NCBI GenBank assembly: GCA_020439875.1
Contig: JAGRPD010000009.1
Location: 1 to 55,939, forward strand
DNA: 55,939 nt
Source of the DNA: Verrucomicrobiales bacterium
GTDB taxonomy: Bacteria; Verrucomicrobiota; Verrucomicrobiia; Verrucomicrobiales; Verrucomicrobiaceae
Direction: 5' to 3'
Shown here piece by piece: positions 45,001 through 53,457 of the stretch. The position numbers were made by a program, and so were the translations under genes. Each line of letters opens with the position of its first letter. The first letter of the stretch is position 1. Under the pieces are notes generated by a model, which worked only from the letters and a program-made list of their open reading frames with translations, was not told the DNA's origin and ran no database searches.

Positions 45001-46672
45001 CGCCGCCGCCACCCCCTGGCCCATGTTGCGCGAGTTCATCGCCCGCCGAGCTGCCATCACCGCCGAAGGCCGCGCCGGTCTGATGGCCAGCCTCGCCGCC
45101 ACCACCCAGCCTGAACTCTACCACCAGCGCGCCCAGCAGCTGCTCCTCGCCCTCTCCCAGCTGCCGCCTGTCGATCAACCTCCCGGTTGGGAGGAAGCCC
45201 GCGCCACCGGTGAAAAACTCGCCGCCAATCGCCCCGCCCTCACCGACGTGCTCCGCCGCCTCGGCGTCCGCTTTGGCGATGCCCAGGACTTCCCGCACTG
45301 GCGCGCCCGCGCTCGCGACACAAAGCTTCCCACCGAGGCACGGCAAGAAGCCATTCAGCTTCTGCAAGCCGGGCATGATCCGGAACTCGGCCCCCTCGCC
45401 CGCTCTCTGATGGATCAGCGCCCCCTGCTACCCACCCTCATCGCCGCCCTGCGTCAAGACCCCGGCCCCGCCACCGCCTCGGCCCTCGTCAGCCGTCTGG
45501 CCGATCTCCCCCTCAAACTCCGTACCGACGCCGTCAACCTCCTCGCCACCCGCCCCGACATGGCGCGCATCCTGCTCGAAGCGGTCGATCAAAAACAGCT
45601 CCAGCCCGGCCTCATCTCCCCCGTCTTGCTCGATCAATTCGAACGCTTCAACGATCCCGCCATCACTCGCCTCATCGAGAAAAACTGGACCCGCGGCTCC
45701 GGCGATGTCGATCTCGCCCAACTCCGCCCCGCCATCGAGCAATGGAAAAACCGCCTCAATGAGAAAGTCCTCGCCCAAGCCAGCGCCGCCCGAGGCCGCC
45801 AAACCTTCGCCCTCACCTGCGGCACCTGCCACACCCTCTTTGGTCAAGGCGTCGCCCTCGGTCCCGACCTCACCGGCTCCAATCGGGCCGATTTGAACTA
45901 CCTCCTGGAAAACGTCCTCGCCCCCAGTGCCGTGGTCGGCAAAGACTACCTCCTCCAGTCCGTCACCCTCAACGATGGATCCGTCGTCAGCGGCCTCCTC
46001 CGGGCTGAAAATCCCGATTTTCTCACCCTCGCCCTCCCCGGTGGAGCCACCGTGGAAGTCAAAAAAGCCGACATCCAAAAACGGCAGGAACTCCCTCAAT
46101 CCCTCATGCCGCCAGGACTCTTCGAGGCCCTGCCCTTCGACCAAGTCGCCGATCTCGTCGCCTACCTCGCCAGCCCGGTCCAAGTCCCGCTTCCCGGCAC
46201 CGGCGGTGCCTCCCCCCAGAGCACCGTTCCCCCACCTGCACCCGGCGACCAACGGCTCGAAGCCGAAACCCTCCCCAAGCAGCAAGCCCTCGTCAGCGGA
46301 GGAACCCTGCGCCCCCAACCCATGACCCATTTCGGCAGCGGTTGGTCAGGAGGCAGTCAGCTTTGGTGGACGGGAGCCAAACCGGGCGACACCCTCACTC
46401 TCACTCTGCCGCAGGTCCAACCTGGCACGCACGACATCACCCTCCACGCCACCACCGCCAAAGACTACGCCCGCGCCAAAATCACCCTCAACGGCGAGAT
46501 CCAGGAGGCCGACTTCTTCACCCCCCAGGTGCTGCCCGCCCCACCGATCCAATTCCGCGCCGTCCCCGTCTCCCCCACCGAGCCCCTCAAAATCACCATC
46601 GAGATCACCGGTGCTAACCCCGACGCCAAACCCAGCCACATGATCGGTATCGACCGAATCGAGATCCACTGA
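42020..46672 (+). CDS. PVC-type heme-binding (CxxCH) protein, 1550 aa: N-terminal FG-GAP/VCBS repeats, membrane-bound-dehydrogenase-like beta-propeller, HEAT-like repeats, cytochrome c domain, C-terminal beta-sandwich
   Basis: Signal peptide MATLLRPLLCCAAFAQISTA. FG-GAP-like GDIDGDGHADI, GDVNGDGRLDL, DVDDDGDADL, ADLDGDGRQD, DLNGDGALDV. Heme site LTCGTCH (tgc ggc acc tgc cac at 45818-45832) in the context FALTCGTCHTLFGQGVALGPDLTG typical of Pirellula/Verrucomicrobium-type heme-binding domains. Confidence 0.85.
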   Translation: MATLLRPLLCCAAFAQISTAAESAAWQSRQLLGEFFAEGAAVGDIDGDGHADIAYGPFWFAGPDFAEPRRFTTGEAFSPLVYSDNFFSFIQDLTGDGHADIMVFGFPGKEVRLYVNPGPADLDKPWPMHLLADQLCHEAPTLIDLIPGGQPEIVGSRDGAYGYYAAGQDPTQPWSWHAISPVGRAAKPFGHGMGVGDVNGDGRLDLIERQNWYEQPAQPDAAWPEHRWAVLSYGGGGAQILVDDVDDDGDADLITSLNAHGYGIAWFEQTQPGKFARHDILGESSIQNPRGVAFSQPHGLALADLDGDGRQDFVTGKRWFAHRGRDPGSLQEPVLYWFRNVKTADGIDFQPHLIHADSGVGVGVPVADLNGDGALDVLTASKRGLTIHLQKAPLTTDAAPLWKVPGGRPQDDYGSGLSPQESLARFELPAGFEMDLIAAEPDLTQPIAMCFDARGRIWVVEGHTYPQRAPEGQGKDRIIILEDSDGDGSFETKKTFAENINLASGIEVGFGGVFVGAAPWLLFYPDRDGDDHPDGEPEILLDGWAWQDTHETLNAFTWGPDGWLYGCHGVFTHSNVGKPGCKDEERQPINAGVWRYHPVKRQFEVFAEGSSNPWGVDFDEHGDWFITACVIPHLYHLSQGGRYFRQAGQHFNPYIFDDIKTIADHLHYGDGTFASTNARGGVDRALSARLANDTSAVGGGHAHCGLAIYQADTFPPDCRGTLFFSNLHGHRILREHVERDGSGFIGRHLPDFALSHDHEFIGVGVMQGPDGALYVSDWHDKQTCHHRDVEIWDRSNGRLYRIRHGQAHTTTLDLPDRSDADLVATLADPNAFQARQAQRLLQERTATGSADTPALAAALRAFEAAHATSVPLRLRAFWTRHTCGLLTPADCATALDDPSPYLRGWALQFLGEDRQPLPASLLSRVEKLAAEDPSAITRRYAASLLQRLPLEQRWGIASSLTLHPTDQFDRNLPLLCWYGIEPLVEADSARALALAAATPWPMLREFIARRAAITAEGRAGLMASLAATTQPELYHQRAQQLLLALSQLPPVDQPPGWEEARATGEKLAANRPALTDVLRRLGVRFGDAQDFPHWRARARDTKLPTEARQEAIQLLQAGHDPELGPLARSLMDQRPLLPTLIAALRQDPGPATASALVSRLADLPLKLRTDAVNLLATRPDMARILLEAVDQKQLQPGLISPVLLDQFERFNDPAITRLIEKNWTRGSGDVDLAQLRPAIEQWKNRLNEKVLAQASAARGRQTFALTCGTCHTLFGQGVALGPDLTGSNRADLNYLLENVLAPSAVVGKDYLLQSVTLNDGSVVSGLLRAENPDFLTLALPGGATVEVKKADIQKRQELPQSLMPPGLFEALPFDQVADLVAYLASPVQVPLPGTGGASPQSTVPPPAPGDQRLEAETLPKQQALVSGGTLRPQPMTHFGSGWSGGSQLWWTGAKPGDTLTLTLPQVQPGTHDITLHATTAKDYARAKITLNGEIQEADFFTPQVLPAPPIQFRAVPVSPTEPLKITIEITGANPDAKPSHMIGIDRIEIH

Positions 46673-46704
46673 TCCTTTTTCCCCATGGCCCGCCAGCTCC
46701 CGAC

Positions 46705-47481
46705 ATGACGGCCTCAGCTCTCCACGGCATCGCCATCGCCGGTCTCCTCGGCATTCTCACGAACTGTCATCCTTCAACCCGCAGCGGCCGGACCCCCACC
46801 TGGACCAATGGTCTCGGCATGGACATGATCCGTGTGGAGACGGAGGATCACGCCCTTTGGGTCGCTCGACATGAAACCCGGGTGCGGGACTATCGGACCT
46901 TCGTTCGCGCAACCGGACGTCCCTGGCCGCGCCCGGCTTTCCGGCAAGGCAGCGATCACCCCGCCGTCATGGTGAGCTGGCATGACGCCACCGCCTTTTG
47001 CCAGTGGCTCAGTGAAAAGGAGCACCATCCCTACCGTCTCCCCACCGACGCCGAATGGTCGAGTCTCACCCAAAACAGCCCTTCATCCCTCCCGCGCTTT
47101 CCCTGGGGAGGCCGACAGCCCGCGCCTCCGCCGCGCGCTGGCAATTACTGCGACGCCGCCTTCGGTCGCCGCTTTGGTCGCGACTACGATGCCGCCTGGA
47201 TCCCCCAGTACGATGACGGCTGGGCAGCCACCGCACCCGTCGGACGCTTCATCCCGCTGCCCAACGGCCTTTGCGATCTAGCGGGCAATGTCTGGGAGTG
47301 GACCGACTCCTGGATCGATCCCTCCCACCCCCGCGAGCGCAGCGTGCGTGGAGGCTCCTGGCGCACCGGCAACGCAGATCGACTCCAAACTGCCTTTCGC
47401 GGACCTGACCCGCCCGATTTCCGGCTCGACAGCGTCGGCTTCCGCATCGTCAGCTCCCGCCCACCCACTCTGGAACGCTAG
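46705..47481 (+). CDS. SUMF1/FGE-sulfatase (formylglycine-generating enzyme-like) domain protein
   Basis: 258 aa. Motifs HPAVMVSWHDATAFCQWLS, YRLPTDAEW, GNVWEWTDSW, RGGSWR, VGFRIV. A 32-nt gap after the heme-binding protein gene. Confidence 0.85.
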   Translation: MTASALHGIAIAGLLGILTNCHPSTRSGRTPTWTNGLGMDMIRVETEDHALWVARHETRVRDYRTFVRATGRPWPRPAFRQGSDHPAVMVSWHDATAFCQWLSEKEHHPYRLPTDAEWSSLTQNSPSSLPRFPWGGRQPAPPPRAGNYCDAAFGRRFGRDYDAAWIPQYDDGWAATAPVGRFIPLPNGLCDLAGNVWEWTDSWIDPSHPRERSVRGGSWRTGNADRLQTAFRGPDPPDFRLDSVGFRIVSSRPPTLER

Positions 47482-48488
47482 AGAGTCGTCAAAGACAGAT
47501 TCGGATTGACCTCCGCATTCAACGGAGACGTCTGACCCACCCGAAAGCGCTGCACCGCAGCAAAAGCGATCATCCCCGCATTGTCGGTGCTCAAGCCAGG
47601 TTCAGCCAGCAGCAGTTCCAAGCCCTCCGCCGCACAGCGCTGCTCCAGCGCCGCCCGCAGGCCGCGATTGCAGACCACCCCACCGCTCACCGTGACGCAG
47701 GTTTCTCCCGCCCGCCGCGCCGCGCGCATCAGCTTTTCCACCAGCACCTCGACGATCGCCGCCTGCACCGAAGCGCACAGATCGGCCACCACCTGTTCAT
47801 CCTGCAGATTCACCTTCGGCAGCTCATAACGCACCGCTGTCTTCAGCCCACTGAAGCTGAATTCCAAACTGTCCCGCTCCAGAAAGCTGCGCGGAAAGGC
47901 AAACGCCTTCGGATCCCCCCGTGGAGCCAGCCGATCAATCTCGGGCCCACCGGGATAGGGCAGCCCCATCATTTTGGCCACCTTATCAAACGCCTCCCCC
48001 GCCGCATCATCTCGCGTCCCCCCCATCACCTCATACCGTCCCACGCCCGCCACCCGCACCAGCAGCGTGTGGCCGCCACTGACGATCAGAGCCACGCAGC
48101 GCCGCACCTCGTGGTCCCCCCGCATGAATGGGGAAAGCAAATGCCCCTCCATGTGATTCACACCCAGGTAGGGCCGACCCGAGGCCACCGCCAGCGCCTT
48201 CGCCATCGAAGTCCCCACCAGCAGGCTGCTCACCAAACCAGGTCCCTGAGTCGCTGCGAAGGCCACAATCTCCCGCAGGCTCACTCCCGCCTCCGCTAGC
48301 GATTGCTTCACCAATTGGCGCACATGCAAAATGTGACTCCGAGAGGCCACCTCAGGCACCACCCCTCCCGTGCGTCGGTGCAGGGGAATCTGAGTGGCCA
48401 CCTCGCTGGATCGCAACCGTCCATCCAGCCCGCACACCGCAGCCGCCGTCTCATCGCAGGAGGACTCTAAAGCTAAAACAAAAGACAC
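47478..48488 (-). CDS. tsaD: tRNA N6-adenosine threonylcarbamoyltransferase TsaD
   Basis: Motifs LALESSCDETAAAV, GGVVPEVASRSH, GVNHMEGHLLSPF (HxxxH metal site), GGVVCN. The track ORF (397 aa) has a non-homologous 61-aa extension. In-frame GTG at 48486-48488 gives MSFVLALESSCDE and a typical 336-aa length. Confidence 0.9.
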   Translation of the reverse strand: MSFVLALESSCDETAAAVCGLDGRLRSSEVATQIPLHRRTGGVVPEVASRSHILHVRQLVKQSLAEAGVSLREIVAFAATQGPGLVSSLLVGTSMAKALAVASGRPYLGVNHMEGHLLSPFMRGDHEVRRCVALIVSGGHTLLVRVAGVGRYEVMGGTRDDAAGEAFDKVAKMMGLPYPGGPEIDRLAPRGDPKAFAFPRSFLERDSLEFSFSGLKTAVRYELPKVNLQDEQVVADLCASVQAAIVEVLVEKLMRAARRAGETCVTVSGGVVCNRGLRAALEQRCAAEGLELLLAEPGLSTDNAGMIAFAAVQRFRVGQTSPLNAEVNPNLSLTTL

Positions 48489-48597
48489 AACAAAACTCAG
48501 ATCACTTGATCCCGACTCCACTTTACCATCAGCCTCCGCCTTCACAATCCCATCCTCCGAGCTTGCCAAGCGTCTCCCCCGCCCGCATCTTACCCTT

Positions 48598-49650
48598 GTG
48601 GGACTGAGAGCGGCCAACAGGTACAGCGTGCGGACACTCGCCTTGGGAGTGCTCTTCACGTTCGTCTCCACAGCGTCTCACGCCGTGGAGCCTGTGCGCA
48701 TCGGTGTCGTCGGCCTCGCCACAGATCGGGCGGAACTCATGGCCGCCCGCCTCAATGATCCCGCCAATCCCAATCACATCCCGGGCGGCCGCATCGTCAT
48801 GGCCCTCCCCGGTGGCAATTCCGAGGCCCACCTCCAACACGCCAGCGTCTTGCAAGACAAATTCGGCGTGCGCATCGTCGAAGCCACCACCGACTTCGCC
48901 AATGCGGTGGATGCCATCATGCTGCTCAATGGTGAGGAAACCCGCCAAATCAGCCTCGTGCTCGAGATCATGCCCCTCGGCAAACCTCTCTACATCGAGC
49001 CCCCCGTCGCCATCACCCTCGAAGGGGTCGTCAGCATCCTCGCCGCCGCCGAGAAAGTTCACATCCCTCTCTTCAGCGCCTGCAGCATCTCTCCCAGCAC
49101 CACCGATGGCTCCACCGCCGCCGATGCCGCCATCGTCACCGCTCCGATGGGCTCCCTGGAAGCTGCGCTCTTTTCCCCTTCGTCCCTCGCTGCCGTCGAG
49201 AGTTTGTTCGATGTCATGGGTCCCGATTGCGAGGTCGTTCAAGCGCTGCGAGCCGGCCCTTCCTCCACCCTCGTGGGTGGTTGGAGTGGAGATCGTCAGG
49301 GCACCCTCGTCGCCCTTCACGCGCTGCCTCCCGAGTCTGCCGTCCACGTCACCTCCAGCTCCGGAGCCACGATTGAAGACGTTCCCGCTCGAACCATCAC
49401 CGATCTCAGCCAGCTGCTGCGCGCGGTCATTGATTTCTTTGCGACAGGCACCCCGCCGGTCTCCGCCCGTCAGACCCTCGCCGTCCACGCTTTTCTTCAG
49501 GCCGCTTACGTCAGCGAGCAGACCGATGGCCGCCCCGTCAAACTCAGCGAAGTCTTAACCGCTGCGGGCTTTGTGCCACCTCCCGCAGAAGCCCCTGCGG
49601 TATCTGATCCCGCCCCCGGCGAAGCCACCGGCGCTTCCTCACCCCAGTAG
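48598..49650 (+). CDS. Secreted Gfo/Idh/MocA-like (Rossmann-like) hypothetical protein
   Basis: Protein-like composition on the + strand (VRIGVVGLATDRAELMAARL..., C-terminal RQTLAVHAFLQAAYVSEQTDGRPVKLSEVL). The start is uncertain: no ATG lies downstream of the tsaD start, and an in-frame GTG at 48598 precedes the signal-like GLRAANRYSVRTLALGVLFTFVSTASHA. The family call is weak. Confidence 0.5.
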   Translation: MGLRAANRYSVRTLALGVLFTFVSTASHAVEPVRIGVVGLATDRAELMAARLNDPANPNHIPGGRIVMALPGGNSEAHLQHASVLQDKFGVRIVEATTDFANAVDAIMLLNGEETRQISLVLEIMPLGKPLYIEPPVAITLEGVVSILAAAEKVHIPLFSACSISPSTTDGSTAADAAIVTAPMGSLEAALFSPSSLAAVESLFDVMGPDCEVVQALRAGPSSTLVGGWSGDRQGTLVALHALPPESAVHVTSSSGATIEDVPARTITDLSQLLRAVIDFFATGTPPVSARQTLAVHAFLQAAYVSEQTDGRPVKLSEVLTAAGFVPPPAEAPAVSDPAPGEATGASSPQ

Positions 49651-49816
49651 GTCGGTCGGCTCCATCGCCGACTCCAGAAACCTGAGCAGAAGGCGGGACT
49701 CCTCGCGAAGCAGCGGACGCTCCGAACACGCCGTCCATCAGATTCTTTGATTTTGCAGAAATCCCACCCGGCGCGATTTAGGTTTTTTCAAACCTTCGAC
49801 AATCATCCTTCTAAAC

Positions 49817-49847
49817 ATCGACATTTGAGACAAAAAATCGACATTTG
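49817..49847 (+). promoter_or_regulatory. Two perfect 11-nt direct repeats ATCGACATTTG spaced 20 bp apart (candidate regulator-binding site)
   Basis: Copies at 49817-49827 and 49837-49847, immediately upstream of the -35 of the ECF sigma gene promoter candidate. Confidence 0.4.
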
Positions 49848-49849
49848 CT

Positions 49850-49877
49850 TTGACGCCGCCTTTTTCCGCCCTATACA
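49850..49877 (+). promoter_or_regulatory. Sigma-70-like promoter candidate for the ECF sigma factor gene
   Basis: TTGACG (49850-49855), 16-nt spacer, TATACA (49872-49877), about 34 nt upstream of ATG 49911. Confidence 0.4.
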
Positions 49878-49910
49878 TCTTCCCAACTTAAGAACTTTAG
49901 GAACTTCATC

Positions 49911-50504
49911 ATGATTGAAAACATCCCTCAGGAACTTGAAGCGTCCGTCCAGGAAGACATGACTCTCCTCAAGCGGATCGCCGCCAAAGACAGCAGCAGC
50001 TTCCAGACCTTTTATCGCAAATACGGCGGTCTCATTTTCACCTCCATCTCCAACGTCCTCAACGATCACCACGACGCCGAGGACGTCATGCAGGAAGTCT
50101 TGGTTCAGATTTGGAACAAAGCCCACCTCTACGAACCCCGGAAAGGCAAGCCTCTCACCTGGGTCACCACCATGGCCCGCAACCGCGCCATCGACCGCAT
50201 CCGATCCAAGCAACGTCGGTCTCGCCTCAATGGCGACTTCGAAACGGAGAACCGCACGGAGCAATTCGAGTTTGAAGCCTCTAGCTCAGAGCTTCTGGAG
50301 GTCAAGGAACGCAGCAACGTGGTGCGCCATGCAGTGGATAAGCTGACGCCTGACCAACGCGAAGCCATCCAGCTCGCCTATTTTGACGGACTGACTCAGG
50401 CCGAAGTGGCGGAGCGTCTCAATGAGCCTCTCGGCACTGTGAAAGCTCGCATCCGCCGGGGCGTGACCCGCTTGGAAGGGCTGGTCAAACCCACTCTGAG
50501 CTAA
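49911..50504 (+). CDS. ECF-family RNA polymerase sigma-70 factor
   Basis: 197 aa. Region 2 DAEDVMQEVLVQIWNKA...LTWVTTMARNRAIDRIR. Region 4 LTPDQREAIQLAYFDGLTQAEVAERLNEPLGTVKARIRRG. Confidence 0.92.
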   Translation: MIENIPQELEASVQEDMTLLKRIAAKDSSSFQTFYRKYGGLIFTSISNVLNDHHDAEDVMQEVLVQIWNKAHLYEPRKGKPLTWVTTMARNRAIDRIRSKQRRSRLNGDFETENRTEQFEFEASSSELLEVKERSNVVRHAVDKLTPDQREAIQLAYFDGLTQAEVAERLNEPLGTVKARIRRGVTRLEGLVKPTLS

Positions 50505-50519
50505 AACCCAAGGCCTCGT

Positions 50520-50574
50520 CTCAATCCTCGTCCCCATCGATCCCGGGAGATTCCAGACGACGATTGGGACGACT
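50520..50574. repeat. Interspersed palindromic repeat, copy C (more degenerate)
   Basis: CTCAATCCTCGTCCCcatcgatCCCGGGAGATtccaGACGACGAtTGggACGAct, in the convergent gap between the sigma factor and Wza-like genes. The flanking tcgtcagTTCCCGGATGAACC also recurs near copy A (131-142 and 251-265). Confidence 0.65.
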
Positions 50575-50621
50575 GGGCTCGTCAGTTCCCGGATGAACCG
50601 GAGAACCTCCTCCTTCGAAAA

Positions 50622-51200
50622 TCACTCCGGCAAGATCACTTGATCGTCGGGCTGCAGGACCATATCAAGCGAGGGATCTTTGATGGCCTTGCTCAAATCC
50701 ACCGGGATGGATTGGCGGGTGCCGTCCTGTCGGCTGCGAATGATTTGCGCCTTCCGCATCGAAGCGTAGGGGTTGGGGCCGCCCCCCGCGTTCACAGCTT
50801 GGAGCGCCGTCAGACCCGGCTTGAAAGGTTTCGGCCCTGGCTGCATCACCCCAACCACGTACACCACACGGCTGGGTGCCCCCCCAAGTGCATCATCAAT
50901 CGAGATCGTGACGGTTGGATTGGTGTAGATTTCCTCCCGCCGATACGTGGCCTCCACGGCCCGTTGCAATTCGGAAGGTTTCAGTCCCGCTGCTTTGACT
51001 TCCTGAATGTGCAGTAGGCTGATGACTCCATTTTCCGCAATCGTATAGACCTTCGAGATTTGTTGAATCTCCTCGGGCGGCACCCCGCCAATGGTCAGCG
51101 TGATGCGGTCTCCGGGACGCAAAGGCAGTTCACTGGTCTGCGCCCGCGCCATCCAGGGAGCGGTGAGGGCGCAGAGGAAAAGAAGGAGGAGAGCTTTCAT
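50622..51200 (-). CDS. Polysaccharide export protein (Wza-like, short PEP-CTERM-locus type)
   Basis: 192 aa. Signal peptide MKALLLLFLCALTAPWMARA. Poly_export-like PGDRITLTI...ISKVYTIAENGVISL plus an SLBB-like VVYVVGVMQPG...LTALQAVNAGGG. Confidence 0.82.
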   Translation of the reverse strand: MKALLLLFLCALTAPWMARAQTSELPLRPGDRITLTIGGVPPEEIQQISKVYTIAENGVISLLHIQEVKAAGLKPSELQRAVEATYRREEIYTNPTVTISIDDALGGAPSRVVYVVGVMQPGPKPFKPGLTALQAVNAGGGPNPYASMRKAQIIRSRQDGTRQSIPVDLSKAIKDPSLDMVLQPDDQVILPE

Positions 51201-51234
51201 GGCGATGAATTTGGACTAACGTTGGAGGGGGAGA

Positions 51235-53457
51235 TCAAAACAGATCATCCGAAACATCCGAATCGGCTTTTGCTTGAGTCACCCGCTGCACCACGGAGGG
51301 AGTGCTGGCCGTCTCGGCGGAGGCTTTTCGAGATTTGGACTTCTTCTTCCGAGACTTCCCGGCGGGAGCAGCCGCGTTGGTTGGGGAGTAGTAGCTGTAG
51401 TAGCTGGTGTAGTATTGGTATTGGGAATCGCTGCGGGTATCGACGTTGTTGAGCACCACCCCGAGCACTTTGCCTCCCACATTTTCCACGGATTGCTTCA
51501 CCCGCAGCAGCATGTGACGAGGCAGCTTGCGGTGCTGCACCACGATGATGGTGAGGTCCGCCTCATTGACCAGCACGGAGGCGTCTGAGAGTCCGAGGAT
51601 CGGTGGAGAATCAATCAGCACCAGGTCGAACCGCGCCTTCACGTCCTCAATGAGTTCGGACATGCGCTGGGAGTTGAGGATCCCCGCGCTATCGGCCGGC
51701 AGCAGTCCACTGGGCAAAAAGTAGAGATTCTCCACCGGCGTCTGAACCACTACTTCCTCCAACGGCATGTTGGTGGTGAGGTAGCTGGAAAGGCCGGTGG
51801 TGTTGTCCACATCAAACAGCGTGTGCAACCGCGGGCGGCGCATGTCCCCATCAATGAGCAAGACGTTGTAACCGCCCTGCGCGCAGACGAAGGCCAAGTT
51901 GGTCAGGGTGGTGGACTTGCCTTCCCCCGCCCCGCCACTGACTACCGTGAGACAGTTGGCGTTGGGGTTTCGTCGATTGAACTCAATGTTGGTCCGCAGC
52001 ACGCGGTAGGCCTCCGCGTCGGGAGTGAATCCACTGTTGCGATGCAGCACGCCCACGTCCTTGGGAATCACCGCCAGCACCGGCACCCCGAGGGAGCGCT
52101 CCACGTCATCCAGGCTCTTCACCGTCGTATCCAGCGACTCAAGACCAAAGGCGAGGCCCACACCCAGCATCAATCCGAGAATGCCGCCCAGCGCCAAATT
52201 GATCGGCACGTTGGGTTTTGCCGGTGTCATCTCGGGCTCAGCGGGGGCCAGGATCGTGGCGGGAGATTTGACCAGCTCAATGTCTGCCCGCGCTTCGGAG
52301 GCGCGCTGCTTCAGTTTGTAGAGCGTCTCTTCGATGTTCTCCACCTCGCGACTGATGGTGAGGTAGTCTCCATGGGAGGCTTGTTTGTCGAGAGCTTCAT
52401 CCTTCGAATCCTTGTTGAAAGCCTCCATCTCTTTCAGCGATTCTTCGGTCGCCGCCATCTGCGCCCGCAGGCCGCTCCGGTGAGACTCCGCAGCCTGCAG
52501 GATCATGTTCCGCGTGGTATCAACCTGCGCCATGACTCCCTTCACCTTGGAATGCCGAGCCCCCAGACCAGAGTTGCGCAGCCCCTCAAGCTCGATTTGC
52601 AGCCGATTCAGCTCGGTCCGCAGGGCCACAATGTTGGTGTCATTCAACTGAAATCCTGACGCATTGGCAACGATCTGATCCGGGCTCAGCTTGTCCAACT
52701 GTTCCAGATTGGCCCTGATATCCTGCAGCTTCACTCGGAGTCGCAATTCCTCAGTCTCCCGAGCATTCACCATCGCTCCCTCTTCAGTCCCCACCTCCAT
52801 TCCCGGCAACCGCATCCCGTAAGGATTTCGTTCGGACAAAATGCCCGCTTCTTTTTGCGCTGCCAGTCGGCGATTCCGCGCATCACGCGCGAGCGATTCT
52901 TGCTCCGTAATCTGTTTGTCGAGCTTCGCCAGAGCCTCTGTCTTTTGATCCTTCTCCACCTCAACTCGGCGGTGCATGTAGCTCTCTGCTACCGCATTGG
53001 CAATCTCAGCGGCCCGATTGCGATCCTGATCGTAAAACTCGATCTTGACGATGTCTGATCGCAGCTCATTCTGCGTCTCCAGGTTGCTTTTGATCATCGC
53101 CAAGGCCACCTGTCGCGTGTCTGCCTTCCAAGCCTTCGTCAAACCGAGAGCATCAATCACCGGGTAGAGGGTCTCCGACTTGTTGATCGTACCCACCTCC
53201 GTCTTCATCCACTGCTCAGAGAGCACCTCACTGCGGCCCGGATCCCGATCCGAAAAAACCGGCAATTTGTCCGCAAATCGCTCGATCCGCATCTCCACCA
53301 CGCCGCGATACTTGCGCGGCATGATGTAGGTGATCAAAACCGCGATCGCGAAAATCAGGATCGTGCTGGTGATGATCAGGCCGAGCCGATTGCGCAGGAT
53401 TTGCCAGGTATCCAGAGCCTGCCGTTGAAAATCGTTACCGCTTTCCTCGTGATTCAT
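51235..53457 (-). CDS. Polysaccharide co-polymerase / tyrosine autokinase (Wzc-like chain-length determinant fused to a BY-kinase)
   Basis: 740 aa. N-terminal Wzz-like TM and coiled-coil. Walker A GGAGEGKSTT, A-prime VLLIDGDMRRP, Walker B DLVLIDSPP. C-terminal tyrosine cluster SQYQYYTSYYSYYSP. Confidence 0.9.
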   Translation of the reverse strand: MNHEESGNDFQRQALDTWQILRNRLGLIITSTILIFAIAVLITYIMPRKYRGVVEMRIERFADKLPVFSDRDPGRSEVLSEQWMKTEVGTINKSETLYPVIDALGLTKAWKADTRQVALAMIKSNLETQNELRSDIVKIEFYDQDRNRAAEIANAVAESYMHRRVEVEKDQKTEALAKLDKQITEQESLARDARNRRLAAQKEAGILSERNPYGMRLPGMEVGTEEGAMVNARETEELRLRVKLQDIRANLEQLDKLSPDQIVANASGFQLNDTNIVALRTELNRLQIELEGLRNSGLGARHSKVKGVMAQVDTTRNMILQAAESHRSGLRAQMAATEESLKEMEAFNKDSKDEALDKQASHGDYLTISREVENIEETLYKLKQRASEARADIELVKSPATILAPAEPEMTPAKPNVPINLALGGILGLMLGVGLAFGLESLDTTVKSLDDVERSLGVPVLAVIPKDVGVLHRNSGFTPDAEAYRVLRTNIEFNRRNPNANCLTVVSGGAGEGKSTTLTNLAFVCAQGGYNVLLIDGDMRRPRLHTLFDVDNTTGLSSYLTTNMPLEEVVVQTPVENLYFLPSGLLPADSAGILNSQRMSELIEDVKARFDLVLIDSPPILGLSDASVLVNEADLTIIVVQHRKLPRHMLLRVKQSVENVGGKVLGVVLNNVDTRSDSQYQYYTSYYSYYSPTNAAAPAGKSRKKKSKSRKASAETASTPSVVQRVTQAKADSDVSDDLF

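Noticed and set aside
42071-45376. 1101-aa ORF antisense to the heme-binding protein gene
   Set aside because: Gly/Ala/Glu/Val-rich low-complexity translation with no motifs. This is the typical stop-free shadow frame of a high-GC gene. The + strand product has clear family motifs and a signal peptide.
46705-47481. FGE-sulfatase/C-type-lectin-fold protein as a diversity-generating retroelement (DGR) target
   Set aside because: No reverse transcriptase gene in the window, and I found no template-repeat copy of the 3-prime end of the gene.
47478-47481. Overlapping convergent stop codons (CTAG) of the FGE-like gene and tsaD
   Set aside because: Real but trivial. Four-base convergent overlaps are common in compact genomes and imply nothing specific.
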